Shown in pieces: positions 1 through 11,570 of a stretch of 64,000 bases of DNA (position 1 is its first letter; each line of letters opens with the position of its first letter). The notes beneath the pieces are model-generated. The model was not told the DNA's origin. It ran no database searches and was given only the letters and a program-made list of their open reading frames with translations. The translations under genes were made by a program, and so were the position numbers. Source of the stretch: the human T2T-CHM13v2.0 reference genome, Homo sapiens; NCBI RefSeq assembly GCF_009914755.1, contig NC_060927.1; one strand, 5' to 3'.

Positions 1-1357
1 TTGGCTGTGTGCTGGGTGTGATAAAACCTCAGAGTGGCATCAAATGTCCTGAAAATTGACATTGATCTTACAGAAAGATCTTTGAACCCTTAAGACTTCC
101 ACCAGTCTTTACGTTATTTTGGCTACAGAGGTAAGAACACTTTGTTAAATCACTTATAGAACGAGCCTCCCTATCATCTAACTCAGTGGGTGGAATGCAG
201 TTTCACATTTTATTCCATCACTATGTCAAAAGCTGACCCATTGGGTGTTCAATCAATATGTGTTGTAGCACTTTTTTAAAAGTAAAACTAAAAGAACCTA
301 GGTCTTTTAGTTGTGCCAAAAGAGTTACTTGATTTAGCATAATTTAGAGTTATCTAAATCAAAGTTAATTCTTGGTAATAATGCCTGTTTCTAGATTAGT
401 AAAAGTAAATATTTTAAAGCATATGTAAATATGATATATGCAGAACATTAAATACTTATATATGCCATATATTGTTTAAAAACCTACCATGTTGCTAACC
501 ATGTGCTATGAAAGTGTATAGATTATTTATGTAATTACCTTAAAACTGGCTCATGGAAAGTTACCAAAAATCAAAATCTAGCATTAAAATTAGGAAATGG
601 GAAGCATAGTTCAGATTTCCAACATTATAGGTTTAAATTTTTTTTAATTCAAGTAAGTCAGTATTCACAGCCAAAAAGTATGGTTTAATTATTAAAATAT
701 AAACATAGTCTTGTGAAAAATAAAAACTTGTTCTAATATTTGATTTTGTGATTTTTATATTAGAAGTTATTTAGCATCTTTGAAGTTGATCTTTTTATAT
801 GAAAGGGTAAAATAATGAGAAAAATGCTTTAAATTTCAGACAAGACAGATAATAATCAATCATCAAAGAATATAAAAGGATATTAATTTGAAATAAGTAC
901 AGCTGCTATTAACAAGATATTCATAACTCAAATCATTACATTAAGACTATCCTGCACAGAATTTTATACTATATACTTTAATAATTTGAAGAAAACATTC
1001 TATTGACAATGTGGTACAGTACAACTGTAATGATGAATGAAAGAGAAAGAAAAACAAAAACAAAGCTTTAAAAAATAAAATGTAAATAAATGTTTTAAAA
1101 TATGTAGAAACACATAATTGATTATTAAAGTTACCTCTTGTTTTTATTTTTTTGTTTTACTATTTCCTGTGATACATTTTTTCTACTTGACATCATAAGT
1201 TATTACATGTATATATTATACTGTTATACTTCAAATAATCTAGTGAGTTATTGTGGTATAAATGCAATGTTTTCTTATAAATTTATTTTTTGCTTGTTAC
1301 AGAATGTCTTTTATGTTCATATATTTGATTTGTGTGTGCGTCTATATACATACCAGT

Positions 1358-1462
1358 TTTTTTTAATGTTTTTAAAAATCATTATGGGTATATAATAGTT
1401 GTATACATTTATGAGGCACAGGCCTGCTTGTTTTGATACAGGCATGAAATGTGTAATGATCA
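1358..1462 (-). mobile_element. L1MA-type 3' end fragment
   Basis: T-rich tail, then atgggtatataatagttgtatacatttatg...ttttgatacaggcatgaaatgtgtaatgatca, resembling the antisense L1MA 3' terminus. Confidence 0.65.
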
Positions 1463-1744
1463 GTTTATATGTTCTCGATATATTTTATTCACGTTAGTTT
1501 TTGTTTCTCCCAGCAGTTGGAGTATAAAGAGCTGCCTGTTCTGCTTTTGTTTGTTTGTTTTAGTTTTTCCTTTGTTCATTTATTTAGTAAATGTTCATCT
1601 GTGTGGTGGCTATCCTTTAAATGCTTGGAGATGTGCAGAACCATCTAATAAGTTTCCAGTTCTCATTCTGTGGATTAGAGGATAATTTCTCTGATCAGCA
1701 GACCCTCATTTTCACTCACAAGCTCAAAAGTGGAAAGGACTAAA

Positions 1745-2612
1745 CATATATGGTCTTTCTATTTCTAATTTTTTAAGCAATCTCCATTCTGTTTTCTATA
1801 GCTATTGCACCATTTTGTATTCCCAACAGCAGCACACAAGGTTCCAATTTCTCCACATCCTTGCTAACATTTGTTATGTCTCTCTCTCTCCCTCTCTCTC
1901 TCACTGTGTGTGTGTGTGCACACGCGTGCTTAACAGCAATCTTAGTAGGTGTGAGCTGCTCATTATAGTTTTTATTTGCATTTATCCGATAATGAATGAT
2001 GTTGCGCACCTATTCATCTATTCATATACCTGTTGGCCATTTTTATGTTTTCTTTGGAGAATGTCAGTTGAAATCCTTTGTACATTTTAAAATGGTTATA
2101 TTATTATTATTTTACTAGTAAGTTGTATGAGTTCCTTATATATTTTGGACATTAATCCCTTAGCAGATATATGTGCAAATAATTTATTCCACTCCACAGG
2201 TTGCTTTTTCATTTTGTTGATTGTTTCCCTTGCTGTGCAGGCTTTTTATTTTGATGTGGTCAACATCTATTTTTGCTTTTGTTGCCTACACTTTTGGTGT
2301 TATATCCAAAAAATCTTTGCTAAGACCCAAAATAAGATTTATCCCCTATGCTTTTTTCCTATAATAGTTTTGTCACTTCAGGTTTTATGTTTAAGTCTTT
2401 AATCTATTTTGAGTTGATTTTTGCGTATGGTATAAGGTAAAGATACAATTTTATTCTCTTGCATGTGAATATCCAGCTTTCCTGACACTATTTGTTGAAG
2501 AAGCTATCCTTTTCCCTTTGTGTGTTCTTGGCACCCTAGTCAGTTTTTCTTTATTGTATACACATGGATTAATTTCTAGGCTCTTTATTCTGTCCCACTG
2601 GTCTATATGTCT
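1745..2612 (-). mobile_element. L1M (MA/MB) ORF2 3' fragment
   Basis: Antisense L1 motifs such as attcccaacagcag..aggttccaatttctccacatccttgctaac and ttttgagttgatttttg; internal (TC)n(TG)n. Confidence 0.9.
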
Positions 2613-2844
2613 ATATTGATGGATATATACATATGATTTAGGTTTACATTAAATATTCATATATGCCATATATTGTTTAAAATATATTATGTTGATATCA
2701 ATATGCTATGGCTGTGCATTAATTATATCTTATGTAGTTATCTTAAAAAACTTGCCCATCGAAAATTACCAAAAATAAAAACCCTTTATTACAATTAAGG
2801 AAAAGAAAGCATTGTGCAGAATTCCAGAAGCATGGTACAGAAAT

Positions 2845-3493
2845 ATTTGCATTTCTCTAATGATCAGTGATGTTGAGCTTTCAAAAATATATTTCTTGGT
2901 TGCATAAATGTCTTCTTTTGAGAAGTATCTGTTCATATTCTTTGCCCACTTTTTGATGGGGTTGTTTGTTTATTTTCTTGTAAATTTGTTTAAGTTCCTT
3001 GTAAATTCTGTGTATTAGACCTTTGTCAGATAGGTAGATTGCAAAATTTTTCTCCCATTCTGTAGGTTGCCTGTTTACTGATGATAGTTTCTTTTGCTGT
3101 GCAGAAGCTCTTTAGTTTACTTAGATCCCATTTGTCAATTTTGGTTTTTGTTGCAATTGCTTTTGGCATTTTCATCATGAAGTCTTCGCCCATGCCTATA
3201 TCCTGAATGGTATTGACTTGGTTTTCTTCTAAGGTTTTTATGGTTTTGTGTTTTACATTTAAGTCTTAAATCCACCTTGAGTTAATTTTGGTATAAGGTG
3301 TAAGGAAGAGATCCAGTTTCAGTTTTCTGCATATGGCTAGCCAGTTTTCTCAGCACCAGTTATTCATTAGGAGATCCTTTCCCCATTGCTTGTTTTTGTC
3401 AGGTTTGTCAAAGATCAGATGGTTGTAGATGTGTGGTGTTATTTCTGAGGTCTCTGTTCTGTCCCACTGGTCTTTATGTCTGTTTTGGTACCA
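2845..3493 (-). mobile_element. L1PA/PB ORF2 fragment
   Basis: atttgcatttctctaatgatcagtgatgttgagc...ttagatcccatttgtcaattttgg...catatggctagccagttttc...ttttggtacca. Confidence 0.93.
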
Positions 3494-3984
3494 ACATTAA
3501 GTGTCTGTTTTAACACTTAATGGATAAATAAATAAAAATAAAAAATAAAACAAAAATATGAACAGACTAAGTACATTTCTTAAGACCTCCTGACTTTCAC
3601 ATGCTTTGGATATTATTTGGCTATTTGCCTCTGTAGTGATGAAGCACAGGAGATATGGGTAATATTCAGATGAAAATTGAGAATGGAAGCCATAGAGATG
3701 GATACTACCTGCCATCTTTCCAGAAACTACACTTAGTAGATTAATGTAAATTATTGTTTATCATTTATGTTGATTTTGTATGTATAGAGTTAATTCTATC
3801 CATAACATTTGAGTAGAACATATGTTAACAGTTTTAAAAATGGTGGCAGAATAATACAAACATGAATTAAATGTGTATATTACCTTCAAAAGCCTGGATC
3901 CCAGTAGGATAGATATAAGTAATTTTACAAGGTAAAGATCCCAAACATGAAATAAAAATGTATTTTTATAAAACATGCGAAGAG

Positions 3985-4110
3985 GTGTGTGTGTATGTGT
4001 GTGTGTATATACACATACACACACATATATATATACACACATCATTGTATATATGTGTATATATACATTGTAATGTATATATATACATTACATATATTTA
4101 TATATATAAT
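3985..4110. repeat. Compound (TG)/(CA)/(TA) microsatellite
   Basis: Directly visible dinucleotide runs. Confidence 0.9.
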
Positions 4111-4399
4111 CAACTTGAGCAACAAGAGTTGTCTTCTGCAAAAAGATGGACCTACATTTTAGAGTGTATATATAAAGATAAGAAGGACATCAATGTGTGT
4201 AGGGCATGAGCCAGGTAGAATATAAAAGCCTTCCATTTCAAGGAAACAGCTGCTCAGTAAACCAGAAAATTTTAAAAAGATAAAGAAACAACAATTACAC
4301 AGAATATTAAATGACACAGGCTGACTTTGAGAAAAACTGCAGAGGAATGTCAGTTGATAAGCTTACAAATGCCTAAGAATTAAATCTGGAAGTGAGCGA

Positions 4400-4585
4400 T
4401 CATTTACCAAATATGAGATATCAAACAGTCACCAGGTTATTTACATGCATCAACTCAATCTATCCCTCACTGCAGCTAAAGGAGATTGCAGGCTTTTTTT
4501 ATTCCCATTTTGCAGAACAGTAAACTGAGATGTAAAGGGTCTAACTTACAAATTGTTGGTATGAATCCATGTAACTACAAAGCCA
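4400..4585 (-). mobile_element. MIR
   Basis: Core attcccattttgcagaacagtaaactgag resembles the antisense MIR core. Confidence 0.65.
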
Positions 4586-4687
4586 GGCAGGTAATTTTAA
4601 GAAGTTAAATACATAAGGATATAAGTTTAATTGTATTCCTTGTCTAAGAATATATATGATAAAATATCATGATAGAATTAAAAATTG

Positions 4688-4995
4688 GGTCAGGCATGGT
4701 AACGCACACCTGTAATCCAAGCATTTTGGAAGACCAAAGCAGAAGGAGCACTTGAGTCCAGGGATTTGAGACTATCCTGGGCAACACAACAAGACCTCAT
4801 CTCTACAAAAATATAAAAAATTACCCAGGCATTGTGACACATGCCTGTAGTCCCAGTTACTTGGGAGGCTGAGATGAGAGGATTGCTTGAGCCCAGGGGG
4901 GCAAGGCTGCAGTTAGCTATGATCGTGCCACTGCATTCAGCCTGGGCAACGGAGTTAGACTTTGTCTCAAAAATAATAATAATAATAATCATCAT
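4688..4995 (+). mobile_element. AluJ
   Basis: Dimeric Alu with J-type gcttgagcccagg..aaggctgcag and an (AAT)n tail. Confidence 0.93.
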
Positions 4996-5602
4996 AAATT
5001 ATAGGCTAAGCCATTAAACTCACATCAAAAGCTTTCACACTATTATTATTTTGTAGTAACAGTACATAAATCACAAACATTAAAATTCCCAGTACACTGT
5101 AAATAGTAGTTTTTTTCTAATATAATGCCGCTATTTTTCTGGTGAACAAAATGAAAACATATAGCACTATAAACATTTGCTAACTAACTAATTGAACACT
5201 TTATGTAACCCAAGAGTATCTGAATGGTTTGGAGAATCATAAGCATTCTATTTCATAAATTGCTGTTAGGCAGTTTATTCTATAGAAACAATTTCAAATA
5301 AGAAATATCCCCAGTACTTGAGTTTTTTGTTGAAACTACCTAATGTTGCATAATATGAATAATCCGTTTACATTATACTGATTTATAATAAAAGTTCCTT
5401 GAGATAGCAGCATTTATAACTCTATTGAAATTTACAGTGTCTTTCTGGTTTGCTGTGGAGTGTTATATTAATTAAAATTCTACTTAATTTTATCCCAGTG
5501 AGATCAGTAAATATTAACATGAGGAAGAGTCACGCCATTCTCAAAGATACATTTAACTAATTTCTAACTTTTATATTTGTATCTTAGAAGGTATTTTAAT
5601 TT

Positions 5603-5848
5603 AATTTTATTTTTTTATTTTATTTATTTATTTATTTTTGAGACGGAGTCTCGCTCTGTTGCCCAGGCTGGAGTGCTGTGGCATGATCTTGGCTCACTGT
5701 AAGCTCTGCCTTCTGGGTTCATGCCATTCTCCTGCCTCAGCCTCCCCAGCAGCTGGGACTGCAGGCGTCTGCCACCACGCCCTGATAATTTTTTGTATTT
5801 TTAGTAGAGACGGGGTTTCACCGTGTTAGCCAGGAAGGTGTCGATCTC
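5603..5848 (-). mobile_element. 5'-truncated AluY-like element
   Basis: aagctctgcc, catgccattctcc and accgtgttagccagg diagnostics; imperfect TSD gtattttaattt (5591) / gtattgcaattt (5849). Confidence 0.9.
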
Positions 5849-6871
5849 GTATTGCAATTTTATAAAGCATCTCTGAAAAGTGACAACATATTTTCACAAG
5901 TTGTCAGGTTTTTCTCCACATTTTTATAGTTTTGAAAAATATAATTTCAGAATGCTGTAGGTAGTATATAAGAACATAATCTAAAGCATTTTCTAATTAT
6001 AGAAATAACACAGGCAGTATAATTGAGATTTTGAATAATGTAAGAAATAATTTGCAAAAATAAAACACATTTTAATAAGATTGCTAGTAGTTATATTATT
6101 AGTAAAAATTTGAATGTATTTGTATTATCACATTTTATAGTTTGTAAAATTATAAACATGAGAAAAATTGAATTGCTTTACTTTTGTACGTTTGTTTCTA
6201 TTTTGAAGATTATATAACTGGGAAGATTTGACATATCTCAACATCAGAATCACTCAGTATTGGTTTCGACAGCTTTTGATTTTGTTTTAGCAGTTGTTTT
6301 GTAGGAATTTCTTAACCTCAAAATTATTTGCTATAACTTTTTTATAATATTAAATATAGTTACATATATTGTCTGGTTCTCTCCACATTTATATCTTTCT
6401 AGGTTTATATTATAGTTCTTGGTCTGAATGAAAATTTTAATTTTCCTGTACTAGATAAAAAATGTACATAATTTCCTTAAAACATTCATTTTCTGAAAAA
6501 CTCACATTAAGGTGATTCACTGGTATATTTTAAGAATTAAGGTGGTTATTGAAATTTATGTGAGGAATGCGTTTAACCATTGACATTTACTACTGAACAG
6601 CATTTACTCTGCACTCACTATAATCAAAAACATACTCTATGTTGAGAAATTATAACATTATTGTTATACAAACTCTGTTAAGAAATTATAACATTATTTT
6701 TATAATTTTATAAATGTAGTACAAGCTAATCACATAAAAGAAATGGCTGATGGCTTTATTTACAAATGTATATATTTAAATTGCAAGTCAGAAAAGTGAT
6801 CTGAGGTGGTCCCATTATAAACAGAAAATAAACGCTGATATGAGTCTGGTGGGTGTTGGAAGGTTAGTGGG

Positions 6872-6917
6872 TTAAGCAAGACTGACAAGCTGGATTAAGC
6901 AAGACTGACAAGCTGGA
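6872..6917. repeat. Perfect 23-bp tandem duplication
   Basis: ttaagcaagactgacaagctgga x2. Confidence 0.95.
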
Positions 6918-7755
6918 GAATGGGATAGAGATCAATGTTTTCTAGCTACTTCGTCTTCAACAAAGAATGAGAACGCCTAGGAGGGAGCAGACCATGGCAT
7001 GGACAAATATAATTTTCAACGGGAAAATGTTACATGAAAAACTAAAATGCATTCTTTTTAGTCAAGAAATCTTGATTTGTGTCTAAATATACTTGTTTGA
7101 TTTCAAGATGGTCACACACCAATTGAGATTTAAAAAAAAAAAGAGCAGAAATACTGGGAGCTTCTGTGTAATACGGAGAAGTGAGAATGGCCTGATGATT
7201 GGAGGGAGATAAGATTTTCAAGATACTTGGAGAACAGAGAGTGATGGCTTGGTGAGGAACAGAAATCTAGGTCCAATCTTAGGTAGCATCCAAGAGGTTC
7301 AGTGGCTGGGTAGCCACCTGATAACTGACAATTAAGGCCTACATTTGAGAGATGCAATAAATGTCTCAGTGAACAAGCATGTTGTGTAGGAGTTAGATGC
7401 TGACAGTTGACTTGTCCACCTCAACGGGACCAGTCACTTAACGAATACACCATCATTTTTTTCAGTGGGTCCTCATCTTAGGAAATCCCTAAGGGTTAGT
7501 GTGCACATAAAATGACCACGTTTGGAATGTCTAAACCAAAACTATCTGAAGCATATTTGACTATATTTAGAAATATGAAAAGTGTGATCTTTTACCTTAC
7601 CTTAGTGGAGGAACTGAAACACACCCCAAAATACAAATGTCCAATGATTAAATGTATTTATTATTTTAAAAAACTTCTAAATTGTTATTTAGCACTAGGT
7701 AAATTGGAAGACATACTTAACTTACTCTTTACAGTTTCATCTATATATGAACTTT

Positions 7756-8030
<275 letters not shown>

Positions 8031-8244
8031 ATATCAACTTTATGATAACTTCATACATCCCTTCTGCTGATATCTTCTAATCACGGCACCTCTGCTCATT
8101 TACCACCACCAGAAACATGATGCTGATGCTCCTACTGCTCTTCCCCACTTTGTCCCAATGCCCTGTCATCAGATCTTTCCAGATGTTCTTCATAGTCTTT
8201 GGCCACGGACTTTATAAGCTTTCTTACTTGGTAAAATGTGTTCA

Positions 8245-8555
8245 GGCCAGGCGGGGTGGCTCATGCCTGCAATACCAGCACTTTGGGAAGCCAAGAGAGG
8301 CAGATTGCTTGAGACCAGAAGCTCGAGGCCATTCTGGTCAATGTGTCAAAACCTGTCCCTACAGAAAAATTAGCCAGGTGTGGTGGCCTGTACCTGTAGT
8401 CCCAGCTACTTGGGAGGCTGAGGTGGGAGGATTATTTGAACTCAGGAGGTCAAGGCTGCCCTGAACAGGGATTGCACTACGGCACTCCAGCCTGGGTGAC
8501 AGTGAGACACTGTCTCAGAAGTAAATAAATAAATAAATAAAAATTAAACTAAAAA
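8245..8555 (+). mobile_element. AluJ
   Basis: Dimeric Alu with gaggtgggaggatt..aggaggtcaaggctgc, (TAAA)n tail, TSD-like ..tgttca. Confidence 0.92.
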
Positions 8556-9942
8556 ATAAATGTTCAAATTCCAATAAGTTAGTTATACTACTAAGATTTT
8601 ATTGGCAAATAATAGTTTAAATTGCTACTTTCCAGAAGATATTTATATTTAAGAGACAATTTTAGTACATAACATAAATTTATAAGCTTTATTATGATGG
8701 AAATGATAGATTTATTGCTTCTCTTAGAGCTTCCTTTCAACATCCAGGTGATTTTTAAAAATCAATACATATACTATCTACTTGTAATCTAACAAACTTT
8801 GTTTAAAAAATTCAAAGGAATAAACTATGCAAAATAACATTTTGAACAACATAAAGATGGGGCCAATTTAGACAAAGTCATCTCTAGATTGTATTTATAG
8901 AACATAATTTTAGAGGTGAAACTTCCACAATAAATATCAAATTCCATCTAAAAAAAAAGAAAGAAAGAAAACTTTCAACATGTTGTTGTTTTGAATCTCT
9001 TCTCATTTATCTCCTCTGTTTTAGTTATTTTTAATTTCTACTTTATTTTATCATATTCATATTATTCCTTTTGTGTGTTTTTTCTCAGTGCTGTCTCCTG
9101 GTAAGAATATTCACTATTTTGAGTTTTTTAATATCTTGAAGATTTTATTTTATGTTCAGTTTTGAGAGATTTTATGAAAGGCAATATTTATAGACTACAT
9201 ATATTATATAATCTATTGCTAAGTGTTATGAAAATAAATGTATAAAGATCATATTGAAATTTAATCTTTGAGTTAGGAAAAGAGTATAATATACCTTTTC
9301 AATATAAGCCTATTATGAAATCCACAGAGTTATATAATACTGTCAACTAACATTTAGTCATTTAGAGAGAAGCATTGCTTGCCTTTCACTAAAGTTGAAA
9401 CATTGGTATATTCCTGAAATGAAAAATAAGGTTGAAATATGAGACATTCAAACTGGCATCCACCATACATTGTTTTACTGATTACACTGGCATATGAAAT
9501 AGATGTATCTGGCATTTTCATTAACTACTCTCCTTTATATGGAGGAGTTTAGTTTTAGTATTTCCAATTTCAAATGATGACATTCTAACTAATACTATGT
9601 TTATGTAAATATTTGTGTTTTGTATTGGTATTTGTATACCATACAAATTATTGTATAACTGTAGAAAAATATAATGGCCACTATGAAAACATAATTCCAT
9701 TATACAAATACAAATACCTCCTGTTTTTCTGTTTAAATATACATTTTTCCTTTGATATGACTATCTACTGAGTGGCTTATTAACACCCTCTTCTAATTGC
9801 AATGTCCCTGCTGATAATTGTAACTGATGGGACTGTTCCAAGGCATTATTATTTCTCAGATGTCTCTACCTTTCACCTGTCACTGATTGTAATTACTAGG
9901 CACATAACTGACCAATCCATAGGCCTAATGATTGGTCTATGA

Positions 9943-10943
9943 CAGGGAACAACAAGCTATGGCCTCTAAGCCAAATATGGCTCACCACTATTTTTATAAA
10001 TAAAGTTTTATTTTATTTTGATTTCAGGGGTATATGTGCAGGTTTGTTTTACAGGTAAATTACGTGCCACCAGGGTTTGGTGTACAGATTATTTTAGCAC
10101 CCAGGTATTATAATAAGCATAGTACCCAATAGACAGATTTTTAACTTCGCTCTCTGCTCACCCTCCATTCTCAAGTAAGCCCCAGTGTCTATTGTTCCCT
10201 TCTTTGTGTCCATGTGTCCTCAATGTTTAGCTCCCACTTATAAGTGAAAACATGTATTTGTTTTCTGTTCTGGCATTACTTTGTTTAGGGTAATGATCTC
10301 CAGCTCCATCCATGTTGTTGCAAAGGACATGTTCTTATTATTTTATGGCTGCATAGTATTCCATGGTGTATATGTACCGCATTTTCTTTATTCAGTCTAC
10401 CATTGGTGGGCGTCTAGGTTGATTCCATGTCATTGCTATTGTGAATAGTGCTGTGATGAACTATAATTGTTTTTTATGGTAGAACAAGTTATAGTCTTTT
10501 GGGTATATAACCAATAATTGGATTGCTGGGCCAAATGGTAGTTCTATTTTAAGTTCTTTGAGAAATTGCCAAACTGCTTTCCACGGTGGCTAAACTAGTA
10601 TACATTCCCACTAGTAGTGAATAAGAATTCCCTTTTCGCTGCAGCCTTGCCAGCACCTGTTGTTTTTTGGCTCTTTAGTAATAGCCATTTTGACTGGTGT
10701 GAGGTGGTATCTCATTTGGTTTTGATTTGCATTTCTCTAATGATTAATAATGTTGAGCATTTTTTCATATGCTTGTTGACTGTGCTTATGTAGTCAATAA
10801 AGTAATTTTGGAACAAAGCCATGGTCATTTACTTATGTATTATCTATGGCTTCTTTCAGGTTAAAATGGTAGGCTGACTAGTTAGAGACTTTATGGAACA
10901 AAAAACCTAAAATACTTACTCCCTGACTTTTTACAGAAAAAAA
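9943..10943 (+). mobile_element. MER58A (hAT-Charlie MITE) split by an L1PA insertion
   Basis: Left part 9943-10009 (..tttttataaataaagttttatt) and right part 10796-10943 (ggaacaaagccat..cctaaaatacttact..ttttacagaaaaa). Confidence 0.8.
10010..10795 (-). mobile_element. Old L1PA (about PA13-16) 3' end
   Basis: ggggtatatgtgcaggtttg..gtttagctcccacttataagtga..; aataaagt repeated at both flanks. Confidence 0.92.
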
Positions 10944-11019
10944 TATGATTATTTATTATGTTGTTGTTTTAGTAAATTTTTGGTAAAGTTTTGTCACTAC
11001 CAATTAACTCTATCTCTAG

Positions 11020-11570
11020 TAATAGTTCACATTTTAAAATCTGCTTTGTCTGATATTCATATAGCCACTCTTCTTTTCACTTGGAACTTGTTGAAATGAT
11101 GTATTTATTTTCCTCTTTAACTTACCTGTCTCCTAAAATATAAAGTGGACTTCTTTTGATGATCAAATAGTTGAATCTTGCCTTTTTATCCAACTTGATA
11201 AGCTTTGACTTTAATTGATATATTTATTAATATTTTATTTATTTATATTTATGTATTTAATATTTTTATTTATTTATTTTTATTTAATTTAATGCAATTA
11301 AAATTTTATTTGGTTTCAATATCATATCTTCCTATTTGATTTTTATTGTTTCTTGTATTTTTTAAAAAATTTTCTTTTTGTGTATGTGTATTAATATTCC
11401 TATATTTTAATGATGCTCATTTTATCTCCACTAGTGGCTTATTAGTCCTTCACTTTTCTTCATTTAAGGTGACAGCTAGATCTAGAATATGAAATTGACA
11501 TCTTTAACAAAATTTACTTTCAAATAATATTTCACTGCTTTACCTATGATGAAAAAACCTTAAAACATAA
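11020..11570 (-). mobile_element. Ancient L1M fragment
   Basis: tttgtctgatattcatatagccactc..atagttgaatcttgcctttttatccaac matches the antisense ORF2 start region. Confidence 0.65.

Noticed and set aside
1-136. Possible exon ending at GAG|GTAAGA (130/131)
   Set aside because: All three plus-strand frames have stops within 1-60 and no convincing acceptor is visible; a lone donor motif is insufficient.
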